From IMG/VR virus record IMGVR_UViG_3300046167_000632, positions 1 through 62,030 of that record: a stretch of 62,030 bases of DNA. One strand, given 5' to 3'. Source of the stretch: a virus (taxonomy: Duplodnaviria > Caudoviricetes). Each line of letters begins with the position of its first letter. Within the stretch, counting starts at the first letter, position 1. A model generated the notes under the pieces. The model did no database searches. It saw nothing but the letters and a program-made list of their open reading frames with translations, and was not told the DNA's origin. A program made the translations under genes and the position numbers. Below, in pieces: positions 61,757 to 62,030 of this stretch.

Positions 61757-62030
61757 ATGAGATCACCTCTTAATATAACAGAAAGCTCGTACGAGAAAAG
61801 AAACAAAAAAATGCGTTCAAAGCATAAGGCTGAAACTGGTAAGACACTAGGTAGAAGGTTGACTGAAGGCACAAGCTCCAGAAGGGTTAGTTTTGCCTGC
61901 AGGTTTCGCTGGAATGTCAGGTGCCATGAAGAACGCTAAAGGAGAACCTACTCCATATGCTAAAGCTCTTAAAAAATGGGGTTTTGGAAGTAGAGAATCT
62001 GCTAGAAACTTCTGTCAAAAAAATAAATCT
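61757..62030 (+). CDS. small basic protein (frameshift near 61905; runs off window)
   Basis: RRVSFACRF joins GMSGAMKNAKGEPTPYAKALKKWGF in another frame. Confidence 0.55.

Noticed and set aside
5381-62030. Frameshifts in portal, scaffold, capsid, ring proteins, giant protein, fibre and the last ORF, read as programmed frameshifting or pseudogenes
   Set aside because: They are numerous, scattered through essential genes, repaired by single-base indels and share no slippery motif; best explained as long-read errors
1-62030. Alternative genetic code (stop-codon reassignment as in some crAss-like phages)
   Set aside because: Multi-kb ORFs are intact under the standard code, and the breaks are frame changes rather than in-frame stops

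Overview
This window is a near-complete, AT-rich dsDNA tailed-phage genome. The host is probably Bacteroidetes/Flavobacteriia, inferred from A-rich leaders without Shine-Dalgarno motifs and a gene set that recalls Cellulophaga phi38:1-like and crAss-related podophages. There are two arms. The + strand late arm (55.7 kb to the end, continuing 1-34.1 kb) encodes a tail fibre, GroEL/GroES, an M15 peptidase, a holin, terminase, portal, capsid, duplicated tail-ring genes and a ~3,100-aa polyvalent virion protein. The - strand early/replication arm (55.4 to 34.2 kb) encodes small early genes, DNA ligase, a sigma factor, ERF/RecE, primase-helicase, a ThyA-superfamily enzyme and NrdA/NrdB. No DNA polymerase, integrase or CRISPR array is visible. 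Many single-base frameshifts in essential genes look like long-read errors. The most unusual signals are: (1) three non-canonical tRNA-mimic RNAs, two of them inside a tandemly duplicated larger RNA unit; (2) an early region built as cassettes delimited by ten copies of a 42-bp promoter-like repeat; (3) two cassette ORFs whose mRNA is almost free of G, beside cassettes packed with GATC; (4) a T4 gp42-type dCMP hydroxymethylase-like enzyme, implying modified cytosine; (5) a P-loop kinase nested inside a HAD phosphatase, plus a sigma-2-like segment, in the giant virion protein; (6) three copies of a 42-43-bp spaced palindrome, one on the start codon of an HTH gene. All product calls come from motif recognition by eye; no searches were run.
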